Under the pieces are notes generated by a model. The model did not search any database, was not told the origin of the DNA, and worked only from the letters and a program-made list of their open reading frames with translations. 64,000 bases of DNA, taken from positions 9,362 through 73,361 of the forward strand of contig JAQTLZ010000002.1 of NCBI GenBank assembly GCA_028714635.1. The letters are read 5' to 3'. This DNA comes from Minisyncoccota bacterium. GTDB taxonomy: Bacteria > Patescibacteriota > Minisyncoccia > Phycocordibacterales > JAQTLZ01. Position 1 is the first letter of the stretch. Each line of letters starts with the position of its first letter. A program made the position numbers and the translations under genes. Positions 8,549 to 16,484 of this stretch are shown here, piece by piece.

Positions 8549-9428
8549 TGGAAATTGAATATTGGGAATTGGAAATTTTAATTATAGCCCCTTTTCGTTT
8601 TAAAAACCCCTCTTTGATGAGCGCCGAAATATTTGCTTCACATCGCTTATCTGCAATTTCTTCCAAAAGTTTTTTCTCTGACATTTTTTCTTTGGCTGAA
8701 ATGAGTTCCAAAATCTTCCCACGCACTTCCCTATTTGAACCTGCAAATTTCGATTGCTTTGCGTAGTGAGCACTTCGGCGATTTGGATTCGGTACAGTTG
8801 CTTTGAGCATTGCTCCGTAATCCATGAGTGCGTAATACCATTCGCGCGGAGTCACTTTTTCCTTATGGAACCATTCGCTCGAATGGTTCCATCGAGAATT
8901 TGGCAAAGCCTTTTCAACAAAAGGAAAAATAACTTTATCATCTACCATCTTGCAATCCGCATCGTCGAAAAAGAAATGGAGAAACGTCCGCCGAATATTT
9001 GTTTCGATAAAAAGTGTTGGCTTGTTCCACGCATAGGCCGCGACCGCCCCGGCGGTCGCGGCTCCTACTCCAGGCAAGCTATCAAGTTTCTCCAAATCAT
9101 TCGGCACTTCCCCGCCAAAATCCCGCACAACCATCTCCGCCGCGCGCTTCAGATTAAGCGCGCGGCGATTGTACCCCAGCCCCTGCCACAATTTCAAAAC
9201 ATCACCCATGTTCGCCTGCGCCAATTTTTGCACCGTCGGAAACCTTTTGGTAAAACTTTCATATTTCGGAATCACCCGCGAAACCTGCGTCTGCTGAAGC
9301 ATAATTTCCGAAACCAAAATTTTATAAGGATCAGTAGTCTCCCGCCAAGGCATTTGGCGTTTGTTTTTTGCATAATAATTCCAGATTGTTTGCTGGAATT
9401 TTTTAATATTTTGGTTTGAAACTTTCAC
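8517..9428 (-). CDS. mutY: A/G-specific adenine glycosylase, short HhH-GPD form lacking Fe-S Cys motif and NUDIX tail
   Basis: PWRETTDPYKILVSEIMLQQTQV, WQGLGYNRRA, LPGVG, ALMDYGA. Confidence 0.9.
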   Translation of the reverse strand: MKVSNQNIKKFQQTIWNYYAKNKRQMPWRETTDPYKILVSEIMLQQTQVSRVIPKYESFTKRFPTVQKLAQANMGDVLKLWQGLGYNRRALNLKRAAEMVVRDFGGEVPNDLEKLDSLPGVGAATAGAVAAYAWNKPTLFIETNIRRTFLHFFFDDADCKMVDDKVIFPFVEKALPNSRWNHSSEWFHKEKVTPREWYYALMDYGAMLKATVPNPNRRSAHYAKQSKFAGSNREVRGKILELISAKEKMSEKKLLEEIADKRCEANISALIKEGFLKRKGAIIKISNSQYSISNEREKIPAKN

Positions 9429-9512
9429 AAACCTAGCATAGCGTAATTTTAGAAAAAGAAAAAATAAAAAACCTCCGACAGACTTCGTCGGAGGTTTATA
9501 GAAATCTCACCG

Positions 9513-10424
9513 TTAAGCGCCTTCAGCAAGAAACGCTCGTACTGACGGTTTCGCGCCTTTTACCTTAAACATTTCCCTTTCTGATGTTCCATGAAGAGAG
9601 CTTAAGCCGAGGTAACGGAACGTAGGGGACACAGAGACGGACAAGTGACAAGCATATCCCTTGTCGCAAAACCAAACCGAATTAGGATTATCAGGTTCAG
9701 CAGCTATGATGTATGCAGCACCAAATCGTTCAGGCAGAATAATCCCAAGCTCACTCCCATGAAGAGACCTCATGAGTCCCAAAAGGTAGTTCGCCCCATT
9801 CACGCACGGTTTGAGATTTTGTGCTCGCATGATTTGCACGTATTCGGTTTCGTGCAGATCTACATCGCGGGTAAACACGACGTGGACTGTTTTCTTCTTT
9901 TTATGAACACGCACAAGGTCTATGTCCTGAACTCCGCCCGTGTTGTCCCAATCAGTCAAATATACTAAGCCCTGGCGTACAGAATTTACCGGTTCAACGT
10001 CGTGAAATGTTAGGGTTTCTTCACCTTGGAATGAGACCTTAGAGCTGTGCGCTGCCCACATCTTTTTTCTATGCAGCGCATCATGAAGCTCACGGCCATT
10101 TGAACCATTTGTTCTAGAGACATGATCGTGTGTCGCCACAAAGAGCGCGTGGCGGATGTAGCTCACGTCTACAATGCTTTTAGACATACGGGTCACATCG
10201 TCTTTGAGACGAATCCCAAAAAATGTCCTGTCTCCGATTCCGAAAAACATCTGGCGGACGGAATCCGAAACATGATGTTCATAGTAATCCCAGTCAACGA
10301 CCTTCTTGCGAAGAAGGGCGAGAACGTAGCGCGCTTCCGCCTTCGTGAGACTTCTCGACGGCACAGGACCGTTGGTTGAATCGATACAGACCATGAGTCC
10401 CATCAAACCACGAATTGAAAGCAT
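9513..10424 (-). CDS. Hypothetical protein (orphan)
   Basis: 303-aa ORF with SD AAAGGGG and downstream hairpin at 9467-9497. Confidence 0.65.
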   Translation of the reverse strand: MLSIRGLMGLMVCIDSTNGPVPSRSLTKAEARYVLALLRKKVVDWDYYEHHVSDSVRQMFFGIGDRTFFGIRLKDDVTRMSKSIVDVSYIRHALFVATHDHVSRTNGSNGRELHDALHRKKMWAAHSSKVSFQGEETLTFHDVEPVNSVRQGLVYLTDWDNTGGVQDIDLVRVHKKKKTVHVVFTRDVDLHETEYVQIMRAQNLKPCVNGANYLLGLMRSLHGSELGIILPERFGAAYIIAAEPDNPNSVWFCDKGYACHLSVSVSPTFRYLGLSSLHGTSEREMFKVKGAKPSVRAFLAEGA

Positions 10425-10522
10425 GTTTTCCCCCTTTGAATGTTTTGTTTCTGAAAAGAACTTCTGCTTTCATCCTTTCGGAATCATCAGTCGAGATACA
10501 CATCTCGATAGCAGGAGGGTTT

Positions 10523-10900
10523 TCAGAAAACCCTCCGAAAATTTTTAACCCCGGCGACAAACTGGTCCCCGCAAACCACCTCGCTCTTCTCAAGATACAA
10601 TCCCGAGAGCAGAAGAGGCTTGTCGCAGAGGGGTTGGGTTTCTTCAGATACCGTACCGATATCCAAAGTCTCCTCTGCTCCGCTCGCGAAAACCAAGATC
10701 AATTTGTATTCTCGGTTTTCGACAATGTTGATAAGAAGATCAACCCCGACAGGAACGAAGCTCAATCCGGCAGTTTCCGAATTAGGCTCCAGTTCGAGCC
10801 CCCTATCGAGCATGTGCTCGATAATGTGTTCGTCGTTTACAAACCATCTACCGGAGGTTTCCGAACTGATACCAGAAATCTTCTTCACTTGTAATCTCAT
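10523..10900 (-). CDS. Hypothetical protein (orphan), divergent from the TrmB gene
   Basis: ATG at 10900 with AAGGAG SD; promoter TTGACA-17-TATTCT (11010-10982). Confidence 0.6.
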   Translation of the reverse strand: MRLQVKKISGISSETSGRWFVNDEHIIEHMLDRGLELEPNSETAGLSFVPVGVDLLINIVENREYKLILVFASGAEETLDIGTVSEETQPLCDKPLLLSGLYLEKSEVVCGDQFVAGVKNFRRVF

Positions 10901-11127
10901 GGCAAGCTCCTTGGTTTGAATGAACTTTTGAGTTTCGGCGAGGTTCCTTTGAACCTCTATAGACCTTAACTTTCTGGTATCAGAATAGCAGATTTTAATC
11001 ATATTGTCAATATTTGTCGCCAATTAAATTACAAAATAAGCTATATTTATCAATATATTTATGGTTATAAGCATATTTTTGTGGAAAGTTATTGACACAA
11101 ATAATTTTAGGGTGTAAACTTCCCAAC

Positions 11128-11916
11128 ATGCAAGACAAACACACGGAACTCAAAATCAAAATGCAATCCTTCGGCTTCAGTGAGAAAGAAACTGATGTGT
11201 ATGTTGCGCTTCTTGAACTCGGCAAAGCGACTGTCTCTAAAATTTCTCTCGGAGCAGGAATAAACCGCACAACTGGGTACGACATCCTTGCCTCCCTTGT
11301 GAGTAAGAAGCTCGTGAGTGTTTCCGGCAAGGAACCGAAACAGGAATATGCAGCCGAACCGCCAACAGCTATCACTGAATATTTGAAGCGGCGAATTTCA
11401 GAGACAGAAGGATATATAAAACAAGCAGAAAAAATTCTGCCGGAACTCACTCTCCTTCATACAATAGAAAATCGTCCGAAGATAAGATTTTACGAAGGCA
11501 CCGAAGGACTTCAGTATGTATACGAAGATACTCTCACGAGCTCCGAGACAATTCGCGGATATGCGGCAGTAGATGAGATGCATAAAGCTCTTCCGAATTA
11601 TTTTCCCGAGTATTACAAACGCCGGGCGGCCAAAGGAATTTCTATCAGAGCCATTCTTCCGAAAAGTGCGATCAGTCTTGAAAGAGGGACTCACGACGTA
11701 GAAGAAAAAAGAGACACCGCTTTCATTCCTGCTGATAAATACCAATTTGCTCCCGAGATAGATATATATGACAACAAAGTAATGATCGCTTCATGGAGAG
11801 AAAAGCTCGGCATCATCATTGAAAGCGAAGAGATCGCAGACGCAATGAAGAAGATATATGAACTCGCTTGGGCAGAGGCGAAAAGGTTGGATAAGGAAAC
11901 AACAAAAATAAATTAA
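11128..11916 (+). CDS. TrmB-family transcriptional regulator
   Basis: FGFSEKETDVYVALLELG...INRTTGYDIL; PKIRFYEGTEG; IYDNKV...IYELAW; start moved to ATG 11128 because TTG 11092 is the -35 box. Confidence 0.88.
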   Translation: MQDKHTELKIKMQSFGFSEKETDVYVALLELGKATVSKISLGAGINRTTGYDILASLVSKKLVSVSGKEPKQEYAAEPPTAITEYLKRRISETEGYIKQAEKILPELTLLHTIENRPKIRFYEGTEGLQYVYEDTLTSSETIRGYAAVDEMHKALPNYFPEYYKRRAAKGISIRAILPKSAISLERGTHDVEEKRDTAFIPADKYQFAPEIDIYDNKVMIASWREKLGIIIESEEIADAMKKIYELAWAEAKRLDKETTKIN

Positions 11917-11932
11917 TTCTGGAAAAAGAAAA

Positions 11933-11971
11933 ACCGCCCGAGAAAACTTTTTTAAAGTTTTCTCGGGCGGT
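11933..11971. terminator. Bidirectional terminator / long palindrome
   Basis: ACCGCCCGAGAAAACTTT-TTT-AAAGTTTTCTCGGGCGGT. Confidence 0.75.
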
Positions 11972-11976
11972 AATTT

Positions 11977-12495
11977 TTAATACCAATTTTTCTGATGATC
12001 TATCGGCTCGTCTGAAATCTCGGTTGCGAAAACCAGCATCCTCTTCCCGTCTTCACAATTGAAGAGATGCTTGATGCCTCGCGGTATGGTCACGAGATCT
12101 CCGGGCTTGGCTTCCAGTTTCCCGTCTTCGGTATAAAGAAAGCCCTCACCTTCAAGCACGAACGAAATGACATGCGAGCTGTGATAGTGAAGTTCTTCTT
12201 TCAAGTTGCCGTAGATAACCACGATAGTCGCGGCAACGAGAATCCTGCCGTTTGCAGGAAACAATTCCCACATCGCAATATCCGGCCCGCAGTACACAAG
12301 CGAGTTCCCCGCCGTGTATGCCGCCCGCTTTGGCGTAATGACCGAACACTTCTTCGATTTCAGAGTTGCCATCATCTTTCTCGCTACTACTTTCAAATCA
12401 TCCGGCGCTCGGTCACGTGCAGTCGTAGTGCCGTGAAGTAATCCTTTTGCCTGAACATCCAAAGCAATCAGCCGATCAAGATTCTTCTTTCTCAT
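11977..12495 (-). CDS. Cupin-domain protein
   Basis: LHYHSSHVISFVLEGEG...KPGDLVTIPRGIKH cupin motifs; SD GAAAGGAG. Confidence 0.85.
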   Translation of the reverse strand: MRKKNLDRLIALDVQAKGLLHGTTTARDRAPDDLKVVARKMMATLKSKKCSVITPKRAAYTAGNSLVYCGPDIAMWELFPANGRILVAATIVVIYGNLKEELHYHSSHVISFVLEGEGFLYTEDGKLEAKPGDLVTIPRGIKHLFNCEDGKRMLVFATEISDEPIDHQKNWY

Positions 12496-12575
12496 TGCTT
12501 ACTCCTTTCTTATCTTGGGTTTGAGACAGAAAACCGCCAGATAAAGCGCAGTTTTTCTGTCTTACACCTGGCGGT

Positions 12576-13037
12576 TCACAAACCTTGTTCGTGACGATAT
12601 TCACCGACTGGAGCAAATTTGGCGCGATGGTATTGAATCCTCGGATGCCTTGGAACAGCATGCTCTCTTAAGACTGATACGATTTCTTCTAAAGAACCAT
12701 CCTCCTTTAATTGCGCGCCCAAACGCCAACGCATTGTCTCCATCCAGCCAATTTTTTCTATAAGGGCTTGATCGTATTTGTCGGTGCGATCAATTCGCGA
12801 CAGAACCGTTTTAAATACTTCGATCAGCACCCTAATGGGAGCGGTACCAATTTCATATCCTTTTTCCTCAACAAGGAACAAGGAGAATACAAATTCAGGA
12901 GGAAGTTCATGGTGACTTCTTATCTTCCTTCGTTCACCCCGGCTTGTTGGTTTTCCCGCCTCTTTCATTATCCTGATGACCTCTTCATACAGGACTTCGG
13001 GAAACTCAGGATACGGCACTCCTTCGACTTCTCTCAT
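12576..13037 (-). CDS. Hypothetical protein (orphan), divergent from the TrmB gene
   Basis: 153-aa ORF with SD GGAGGGG; promoter TTGACA-17-TAGTAT. Confidence 0.65.
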   Translation of the reverse strand: MREVEGVPYPEFPEVLYEEVIRIMKEAGKPTSRGERRKIRSHHELPPEFVFSLFLVEEKGYEIGTAPIRVLIEVFKTVLSRIDRTDKYDQALIEKIGWMETMRWRLGAQLKEDGSLEEIVSVLREHAVPRHPRIQYHRAKFAPVGEYRHEQGL

Positions 13038-13185
13038 GGTCTCCCCTCCATTTCAATGAGCATTTCGCTCGGTTAATTTGCTTTTCATCCTTCACTGCCG
13101 AACATACTACCCGATTTTTAGCATATTGTCAAGTATTGTTGGACAATTGTTGACAAATATCTGACAACAGAATATACTTCTATCC

Positions 13186-13959
13186 ATGGCAGTAAACGAA
13201 ACATTAAAAAAATTAGGACTCAATGACAAAGAGATAAAGATTTATCTCACCCTTCTTAAGCATGGGAAAACAAAACCATCCTCACTTTCGAGTTTGACGA
13301 AAATAAATCGTGCAACGGTCTACAACTTGGTAAACGGCTTGCTTTCAAAGGGGCTCATCGCCGAAGATCTCACGGGCAAAACCCTCTACCTCACTCCCCT
13401 CCCCCCGAAAAATCTGGAAAAAATTCTCGATCAGCAAAAAAGAGAACTGAAAGAAAGAGAAGCTCTCATCAAAAAAGCTATCGGCGAGTTGAGCATGATA
13501 ACACCAGCCAGCAATTATCCTGTTCCGAAAATTCAATTCGTGGAAGAAGGCAATCTTGAGAAATTTCTCTACGACAACATTCTCAAATGGCAGAAAAGCA
13601 TGTTCGAACATGATGCCACGTGGTGGGGCTTCCAAGATCATTCCCTTCTCTCAAACTATGAAGAGTATATTCATTTCACTTGGCAGACTTCCTATGGAAA
13701 ACATAAAGATTTCAAAGTAAAACTCTTGGGTAATTCCGCAAAAATTGAAGATAAAGTAGCGAGTAAATACTTAAAATCAAGACGTGATATTCGTTTTGTT
13801 GAAGGAATGAATTTCACATCCACTGTCTGGGTAATGGGAGATTATATAGCAATGGTAGCAACTGGCGCTCATCCATTCTATCTATTCGAGATTCACGACC
13901 AGACACTTGCTCATAATATGAGGGAGGTATTCAAAAAGCTTTGGGAAAAAACTCAATAA
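13186..13959 (+). CDS. TrmB-family transcriptional regulator
   Basis: LGLNDKEIKIYLTLLKHG...INRATVYNLV; PKIQFVEE; VMGDYI...VFKKLW. Confidence 0.85.
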   Translation: MAVNETLKKLGLNDKEIKIYLTLLKHGKTKPSSLSSLTKINRATVYNLVNGLLSKGLIAEDLTGKTLYLTPLPPKNLEKILDQQKRELKEREALIKKAIGELSMITPASNYPVPKIQFVEEGNLEKFLYDNILKWQKSMFEHDATWWGFQDHSLLSNYEEYIHFTWQTSYGKHKDFKVKLLGNSAKIEDKVASKYLKSRRDIRFVEGMNFTSTVWVMGDYIAMVATGAHPFYLFEIHDQTLAHNMREVFKKLWEKTQ

Positions 13960-13962
13960 TTA

Positions 13963-14278
13963 TAGAGAATTTCGGTCGTTACACGACCAGTATCCTCGTT
14001 GGAGATTTTGTCTCGCTTTGCTCACAAAATCTACTCAACGAGGCTTCGAATCTCTGACGAAAGTGCTCCCCAGCACTTTCTCACCCAGCCACGTAAAAAA
14101 CCGCTCTCGCGGTTTTTTCTTGTCGGGGTGCAGAAAGTTTCGAAGCTTACAGCTTCAGTACCCCGATTGGATTTTTCTTCGAAAAATGCTCAGTCGGGTT
14201 TCGAATCTCTGACGAAAGTGCTCCCCAGCACTTTCTCACCCAGAGCAAGTAAAAAGCCGCATAAGCGGCTTTTTCTTG
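13963..14278. repeat. Two tandem tRNA-3'-anchored structured repeat units (Pro-TGG copies, ~155-bp period)
   Basis: TTCGAATCTCTGACGAAAGTGCTCCCCAGCACTTTCTCACCCAG at 14045 and 14200; TGTCGGGGTGCAGA at 14121 and 14277; scaffold shared with 6793-6964. Confidence 0.85.
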
Positions 14279-14349
14279 TCGGGGTGCAGAGATTCGAACT
14301 CTGACTACATGATCCCAAATCATGGATGCTACCGTTACACCACACCCCG
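14279..14349 (-). tRNA. tRNA-Pro(TGG), CCA not encoded
   Basis: CGGGGTG/CACCCCG acceptor stem, CATGA-TTTGGGA-TCATG anticodon arm, GTTCGAATC. Confidence 0.95.
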
Positions 14350-14461
14350 GTATAAATATTTCTCCAAAAATCAACTCGAAAATCTTATCACAGGAATTTT
14401 AAAAATCCTAATTCTCTTGTCTATTTTTATTATAAAGGACATTATACTTTATAAAAGACAT

Positions 14462-14878
14462 CTAAAGGACAATATCATCTAGGAGCTTTACATTAGCGAT
14501 TTTCTTTTTCATATCCAAAAGAACAATCGCTACTAAAAATTCCCATTCTGGTTCATCGTCCTCATATTTCTCCAGAAGGTAGCTTTGTACTACCCTACCA
14601 AGTCTTTTAAGCTTCCATTCGTGTATATTTTCCTCGGGCCTATATTCATCCTCTGTTACACGTGGAACATTCTTAGGGTACGACAGATTGATTTCACGTG
14701 AAACGGTCTTTACTTCAACAAAATAGAGTTTTTTGTCCTTTTGAGCGACAATATCTATCTCTCCCCACCTCTTCAGATAGTTTCGACAGACAATTCTGTA
14801 TCCTTTTTTCTCGAGATACTTACAAGCAATATCCTCGCCTTTAATGCCTATTGGGTCTGCGAGATTAAGTCGTTTCAC
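14462..14878 (-). CDS. yraN: YraN (UPF0102) family nuclease
   Basis: GEDIACKYLEKKGYRI..RNY....GEIDIVA......FVEVK. Confidence 0.9.
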   Translation of the reverse strand: MKRLNLADPIGIKGEDIACKYLEKKGYRIVCRNYLKRWGEIDIVAQKDKKLYFVEVKTVSREINLSYPKNVPRVTEDEYRPEENIHEWKLKRLGRVVQSYLLEKYEDDEPEWEFLVAIVLLDMKKKIANVKLLDDIVL

Positions 14879-15475
14879 GTGGAACTAGTTTAACAGACCT
14901 TGATCTAGAATCTCTCGGACAAACATATCAAGCTCCTTCTCTGCTTTCATTTCTGCAATAGTCATCCACTTAAAATCAGTGCTTTCAGCATCAATTTTCG
15001 GGTTTCCTTCAATGTTTGCCAGATAAGTAATTCTCACAATATGTTTCCCGTGAACCCTTAATATGTCTTGGGCAGTAAGGATTTCAGGCGTTTCATGTAA
15101 AACAAGTCCTGTTTCTTCGAGTATTTCCCTCTTCAGATTGTCCGAGAGAGAGCTTCCTGGATTGATTCTTCCTCCGACAATATCCCAATTTCCCTTGATA
15201 TCCTTATACTTTTCAGATCTTCGCAGGAGGAGAAACTTTCCTTTTTTATTTTTTAGAAATGCTTTTACTCCAACTTGTAGAGTTATGTCTTTTTGATCGG
15301 TCATATATGTTACTTAAGAAACATTTTATGCTTATCGGACTGAAATTTTGTGTCTTTTTGCAATTTAACCATATTTATAGGCTTATTTTAGATAAAAGAC
15401 CGAAATTTTTCTGTTTTTTAAGGCTGTCTTTTATGCACACAATCCACAGACTTATCCACAGTTACACGTGAAATA
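14654..15475. other. Cluster of four parS-like sites
   Basis: TGTTACACGTGGAACA 14654-14669; GATTTCACGTGAAACG 14690-14705; CGTTTCACGTGGAACT 14871-14886; AGTTACACGTGAAATA 15460-15475 (consensus TGTTNCACGTGAAACA). Confidence 0.85.
14885..15304 (-). CDS. NUDIX hydrolase
   Basis: Nudix box GGRINPGSSLSDNLKREILEETGL. Confidence 0.9.
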   Translation of the reverse strand: MTDQKDITLQVGVKAFLKNKKGKFLLLRRSEKYKDIKGNWDIVGGRINPGSSLSDNLKREILEETGLVLHETPEILTAQDILRVHGKHIVRITYLANIEGNPKIDAESTDFKWMTIAEMKAEKELDMFVREILDQGLLN

Positions 15476-15584
15476 CCTATATTTTGAGCCATTTTGGTAT
15501 TTTAGGAATTCTGGGAAAAGGACAACTGGGTTCAGGGACAAAAAGTCGTTAGAGCCGTACTGATACAAAAATTATTACAAGCTG

Positions 15585-15655
15585 TGCGGGTAGCGAGAAT
15601 CGAACTCGCGCCTTAACATTGGCAATGTTACGTCCTACCACTAAACTATACCCGC
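15585..15655 (-). tRNA. tRNA-Gly(GCC), CCA not encoded
   Basis: GCGGGTA/TACCCGC acceptor stem, TAACA-TTGCCAA-TGTTA anticodon arm, GTTCGATTC. Confidence 0.95.
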
Positions 15656-16330
15656 ATTATATTTTTCTTCTATCAAATCAGCGGCTATCAAATTCATCCA
15701 GAGCAGAATTTTTCGCTTTAAGTATGTACTAGAAACTCCAATACTGCAAACTCCGTGAGACAATTTTCTCGTCTTATGCTTGCCTTTTATTACAATACTT
15801 TTTGTAAAATCCTCCTGTTTTAGGCCCGTATTACTAATCCAGAATGTCTTGCATTCTTTTTCCTTCAGTTCGGGGTAGAGCAGAATCCAAGCCCTGATTT
15901 TAGGAGAAGAGAAACCGCAAATTTTCTTTAGAAAATCGAGAAATACTTTGATCATAAGAGGGTCGGAATTAGCTATAGAACACCTATTATTAGAGCGCTT
16001 ATTGCCTTCGCCCCAGTAAATCATCATTCCCGCCAGGAAAAGAGGGTGGTATTTGAGTTTTTCAAACTCTTCAGTTGCTTCATTTTCGGCTTCTTTGTAC
16101 AGTTTCTCGAGATTTTCACCTCGAATTTTATTCAATTCTTTGATCCTTATGGTCGATTTCCCTTGAGCATTCGAGGCTAAACGAAAAGCAATCTTATTAG
16201 ACCATTTTTGATCCCTGAACCACTCTGAGAGGGTACTCTTTGGAACTCTAATAAGACTTCTGATCTCATTATAGCTTTTGCCTTTAGCTCTAAGTGCGAA
16301 CACTTTTTCTTTGTCTTTTCTCATATACAT
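15641..16330 (-). CDS. HTH + LAGLIDADG-like homing-endonuclease-family protein overlapping tRNA-Gly
   Basis: N-terminal HTH GKSYNEI...VPKSTLSEW; LAGMMIYWGEG motif followed by IANSDPLMIKVFLDFL; last codons AGIV* are tRNA nt 1-15. Confidence 0.7.
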   Translation of the reverse strand: MYMRKDKEKVFALRAKGKSYNEIRSLIRVPKSTLSEWFRDQKWSNKIAFRLASNAQGKSTIRIKELNKIRGENLEKLYKEAENEATEEFEKLKYHPLFLAGMMIYWGEGNKRSNNRCSIANSDPLMIKVFLDFLKKICGFSSPKIRAWILLYPELKEKECKTFWISNTGLKQEDFTKSIVIKGKHKTRKLSHGVCSIGVSSTYLKRKILLWMNLIAADLIEEKYNAGIV

Positions 16331-16401
16331 TTAAAGTATATCACGGGAGTTCGATTTCTTGGTGTGGATAATTTATCAAATTTACCGTATGATGAGACGA
16401 C

Positions 16402-16473
16402 GCGCCCATAGTGAAATGGATATCACACCGGTCTTCGGAACCGTTATTGGGGGTTCGAATCCCTCTGGGCGCA
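16402..16473 (+). tRNA. tRNA-Arg(TCG), CCA not encoded
   Basis: GCGCCCA/TGGGCGC acceptor stem, CCGGT-CTTCGGA-ACCGT anticodon arm, GGTTCGAATCC. Confidence 0.93.
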
Positions 16474-16484
16474 CAAAAAGGCGT

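Noticed and set aside
14054-14235. Hammerhead ribozyme (CTGACGA followed by a hairpin)
   Set aside because: The GAAA required after stem II is missing, and the Gly unit lacks CTGANGA.
13963-14278. CRISPR array
   Set aside because: Only two ~155-bp structured units, no unique spacers of uniform length, and no cas genes in the window.
13999-14482. ORFs over the tRNA-Pro repeat region
   Set aside because: They are translations of the repeat units and the tRNA, with no protein motifs.
16359-16484. N-terminal extension of Cca
   Set aside because: It is occupied by tRNA-Arg; ATG 16485 is the better start.
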